DNA of 64,000 nt from an uncultured Gemmatimonadales bacterium (GTDB taxonomy: Bacteria > Gemmatimonadota > Gemmatimonadetes > Gemmatimonadales > Gemmatimonadaceae). The notes beneath the pieces are model-generated. The model saw only the letters and a list, made by a program, of their open reading frames with translations, had not been told where the DNA came from and did not search any database. Shown here piece after piece: positions 61,179 through 64,000 of this stretch. The translations under genes were made by a program, and so were the position numbers. The first letter of the stretch is position 1; each line of letters begins with the position of its first letter. The stretch spans positions 2,688,001 through 2,752,000 of the forward strand of contig CAWKMU010000003.1 in the NCBI GenBank assembly GCA_963850905.1, in the 5' to 3' direction.

Positions 61179-62203
61179 TTGCTCCCGCCAACACTCGCCC
61201 CGATCGACTCGACGTGGTGTTGCTGCTGGACGACCCGGGAGAGTTCGGGGGTCGCTCCGACGGCTACGAAACGTTTCTCTTCGTCTCCGAGGTGGTCGAC
61301 GCGCTCGAGCCAGCACTCGAGCGACTAGGACATCGACCACGCCGGATGTCGTTCGCGATGGGTGTGCCCGAGCTCATGGCGCAGCTGGACGCTCGGCGTC
61401 CTGACGTCGTGTTCCACCTCGGCCAGCCGGTCCCGACCGACCCCGCTGGTGAAGCGCACGTGACCGCGATGCTCGATCTGCTCGGCGTTGCCCACACGTC
61501 GGAATCTCCCGAAACCCTGATGCTGGCACGGGATAAAGCGCGGGCGAAGGCATTGTTCGACCACGCCCGCATCCCGACACCGTCGTACGCCGTGTCCGCC
61601 GACGGTGAGCTGCCGGACGCGCTGCCACGCGCGCCCTGGATCGCCAAGCCGGCACTCGAGGACGGCAGCATGGGCATCGCGTATGCGCCCCCGACCCGCG
61701 CACGGGCGCAGCTGGCCGAGCGTGTGTGTGTGCTCCACCAGCGCTTTGGGCAACCAATCCTGATCGAGACATTCGTCGGTGGAAGGGAATTCCAGGTCGG
61801 AGTGGTCGGCTCGGAGCTCTTGCCGATCGTGGAGATCGATTTTTCGGGGCTGCCGCTGGGTGGTCCCCGCATGGTCGGCTACGAAACCAAGTGGAAATAC
61901 GACAGTGCGGCGTTCAAGGGGACGCATTACGCCTGCCCGGCGGAGGTGAGCGATGCGCTCGGTGAGCGTATTCGCCAACTCGCGCGCCGCACGTGCGAGA
62001 TCTTTGGCGTGCAGCGGTGCACGCGGCTCGACATCCGCATGGATGATCAGGACGGCTTGTATGTGCTCGATGTCAACCCCAATCCCGATCTGTCACCTGT
62101 GGCAACGATGCATGTGATGGCACACGTCGCCGGGTGGGGTTTTGACGGCATGGTGCAGCGCCTGCTCGACCTCGCGCGCACACCGCGCGCGCGCGGACGA
62201 TGA
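61175..62203 (+). CDS. ATP-grasp ligase (D-Ala-D-Ala ligase-like)
   Basis: DKARAK, IAKPALEDGSMGI, IETFVGGREF, RLDIR and DVNPNP motifs; ATGA overlap with the MFS stop. Confidence 0.88.
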   Translation: MIAPANTRPDRLDVVLLLDDPGEFGGRSDGYETFLFVSEVVDALEPALERLGHRPRRMSFAMGVPELMAQLDARRPDVVFHLGQPVPTDPAGEAHVTAMLDLLGVAHTSESPETLMLARDKARAKALFDHARIPTPSYAVSADGELPDALPRAPWIAKPALEDGSMGIAYAPPTRARAQLAERVCVLHQRFGQPILIETFVGGREFQVGVVGSELLPIVEIDFSGLPLGGPRMVGYETKWKYDSAAFKGTHYACPAEVSDALGERIRQLARRTCEIFGVQRCTRLDIRMDDQDGLYVLDVNPNPDLSPVATMHVMAHVAGWGFDGMVQRLLDLARTPRARGR

Positions 62204-62231
62204 CCATCCACCGATCCGGCGCCGCCCGCAC

Positions 62232-63278
62232 ATGACGGTCGTCAGTGCATTCAATGAGTGGGACCCGTTGGAAGAGGTGATCGTTGGCAGAGTCGACGGC
62301 GCCCGCGTGCCCCGTGCTGACCCCGGGCTGCACGCGTTGGAGTTCCCCGACTTGCAGGACATGAATGAGATCCCGAGCGGGCCATTCTGCCAATGCGTGC
62401 TCGACGAGACGGCGGAGGATCTCGATGTGCTGGCCGCAGAGCTGACGAAGCTTGGCGTCGTCGTGAGACGTCCCCAGGCCATGGACCACGCGCAGGTGTT
62501 CCGCACGCCCGATTGGGAAACCGATGGCCTGTTCAACTACTGCCCCCGCGACAGTCTGCTCGTGATCGGCGACATGGTCATTGAGGCACCCATGGTCCTC
62601 CGCGCACGCCAGTACGAGAATCTCGCGTACCGGCCGCTTCTCACGAGCTACCTGATAGCGGGTGCGCGTTGGGTCAGTGCGCCGAGGCCGCGACTGCTGA
62701 ACAGCGTCTATCGCCGCTCCCAGGGGTTCCAGATCGCGATTGACGAGAGCGAACCGCTGTTCGACGCGGCCAACGTGGCGCGTTGCGGCACCGACCTCTT
62801 CTACCTCGTGTCGGACACGGGGAACTACCTCGGCGCACAGTGGCTCCAACAGGCCGTGGGGCCGACCTATCGGGTCCACGCCCTCGATCGCCTGCGCAAC
62901 ACGGCGCACATCGACACGACGATCGTCCTGGTGCGCCCTGGCTTGGTCTTCGTGCCGGCGCCGTTTGTCCGGCCTGACAACCTGCCCGCGCCGCTCCGCG
63001 ACTGGGACGTCGTCTACGTCGACGACCTGGTAGACAACACGCCGTGCGCGTGCCCGCAGCTCTCATCGAAGTGGGTCGGTCTCAATCTCTTCATGATCAA
63101 CCCGTCGCTCGCCGTCGTCGATTGCCGCCAACACACGCTCATCCGCCAGTTGGAACAACGAGGCATCGATGTGCTGCCCCTGCGCCTCCGCCACGCGCGT
63201 ACCCTCGGCGGTGGGTTTCACTGCGTCACGCTCGACATCCGCCGGCGCGGATCGCTCGAGGACTACTGCCACGGGTGA
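62232..63278 (+). CDS. L-arginine amidinotransferase, StrB1 (inosamine-phosphate amidinotransferase)-like
   Basis: NEWDPLEEVIVG, YCPRD, FDAAN, HIDTT and LGGGFHCVTLD (Asp-His-Cys triad). Confidence 0.92.
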   Translation: MTVVSAFNEWDPLEEVIVGRVDGARVPRADPGLHALEFPDLQDMNEIPSGPFCQCVLDETAEDLDVLAAELTKLGVVVRRPQAMDHAQVFRTPDWETDGLFNYCPRDSLLVIGDMVIEAPMVLRARQYENLAYRPLLTSYLIAGARWVSAPRPRLLNSVYRRSQGFQIAIDESEPLFDAANVARCGTDLFYLVSDTGNYLGAQWLQQAVGPTYRVHALDRLRNTAHIDTTIVLVRPGLVFVPAPFVRPDNLPAPLRDWDVVYVDDLVDNTPCACPQLSSKWVGLNLFMINPSLAVVDCRQHTLIRQLEQRGIDVLPLRLRHARTLGGGFHCVTLDIRRRGSLEDYCHG

Positions 63279-63316
63279 CGGGTGAGCGGAACGGCCACGA
63301 CACGTGACAACGGCGG

Positions 63317-63344
63317 GTAGGGGCGACGCAATGCGTCGCCCTAC
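63317..63344. repeat. GTAG-type REP element
   Basis: GTAGGGGCGACGCAATGCGTCGCCCTAC between convergent genes. Confidence 0.85.
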
Positions 63345-63469
63345 GGTGCGGCAATGCAACCCACGCTTCGTCGCGCGCTCCAAATTGCGACGCCAATGGC
63401 AGGCATCGTTGCCGTCACCCCGAAACCCGTCACCGATTCCCCTTACCCCGTCACCCGTCACCCAACTTC

Positions 63470-64000
63470 TCAGTTGTTACTGAAGCTGTTGGACGTGCAA
63501 TCCTGAATCTGGTTCGAGTAGAACTGCTGCACGACGTACACGTGGCGGTTGAGGCGGACGGGCACGCGGAACCCGAAGCAGAGGTCAGCGACCTCGTTTC
63601 CTGTGAGGAGACTGACCCACGCGTCCCCATCGGGGTCGGTAACCGCCTCCATGAACTCGTGCGACAGGGTGGACGCGGTGGCATCGATGAGTCGCGTCTG
63701 TGTCGGGAGCGGGCAGCCTGGGACGGCCTGATAAGGCTGGACCGAAAACAGCACATGCGTGCTCCCGAAATCCACCGAGGCGTGGAAAGCACAGAACTCG
63801 AATGTGCTGAGGTTGTCAGGCGAGTAACATTCGGTCGAGTTGATGCACATGTCCGTGCCTGGCGGCAAGAACACGTGATAAATGTTGGTGTAGCCGGTCG
63901 CTCCCGTAGAGGCAACGGCCGAGGCGATGATGTTGAAGATGTCCGAGAGCTGCGCAGTGTTGTCCGTAAACGTGTAGGTCGTGCTCAGTTGTTGGACGCT
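63470..64000 (-). CDS. Partial paralog of the 54911-55927 Phi-1-like protein (5' end beyond the window)
   Basis: Frame open to 64000; GYTNIYHVFLPPGTDMCI..CYSPDN..FCAFH..SHEFMEAVTDP..GNEVADLC aligns by eye with 54911-55927. Confidence 0.85.
   Translation of the reverse strand, partial: SVQQLSTTYTFTDNTAQLSDIFNIIASAVASTGATGYTNIYHVFLPPGTDMCINSTECYSPDNLSTFEFCAFHASVDFGSTHVLFSVQPYQAVPGCPLPTQTRLIDATASTLSHEFMEAVTDPDGDAWVSLLTGNEVADLCFGFRVPVRLNRHVYVVQQFYSNQIQDCTSNSFSNN

Noticed and set aside
61175..62203. Housekeeping ddl
   Set aside because: It lacks the GGxSxE N-terminal and EVNTxPG motifs and has no mur/dcw context.

Overview
A high-GC bacterial chromosomal window. The gene mix (SusC/SusD pair, PadR-ADOP permease, VPS10-type hydrolase, DinB and DUF2911 proteins) suggests Gemmatimonadota or a similar soil lineage; this is inference. 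Main contents: (1) A tRNA-Met(CAT) at 1774-1847 whose 41-bp 3' half is repeated at 7396-7436. The two copies bracket a ~5.6-kb island with no integrase. Its only cargo is a 1748-aa teneurin-like YD/Rhs shell protein ending in a VWD domain plus three tandem repeats rather than a toxin. (2) An ECF sigma/FecR/SusC/SusD locus with an amino-acid permease, a deacylase and a VPS10-type hydrolase, including a 324-bp duplication of the sigma-fecR junction. (3) A coupled rraA-aminotransferase-DAACS transporter-leuC/leuD-like operon. (4) An ABC permease behind a truncated padR. (5) A spermidine-dehydrogenase-like/acyl-CoA synthetase/amidase cluster. (6) A compact MFS + ATP-grasp ligase + StrB1-like amidinotransferase cluster. 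There are also GTAG-type REP elements and 7-bp tandem repeats. At least six genes carry apparent small indels, most simply explained as sequencing or assembly errors. All family assignments come from motif recognition by eye; no searches were run.
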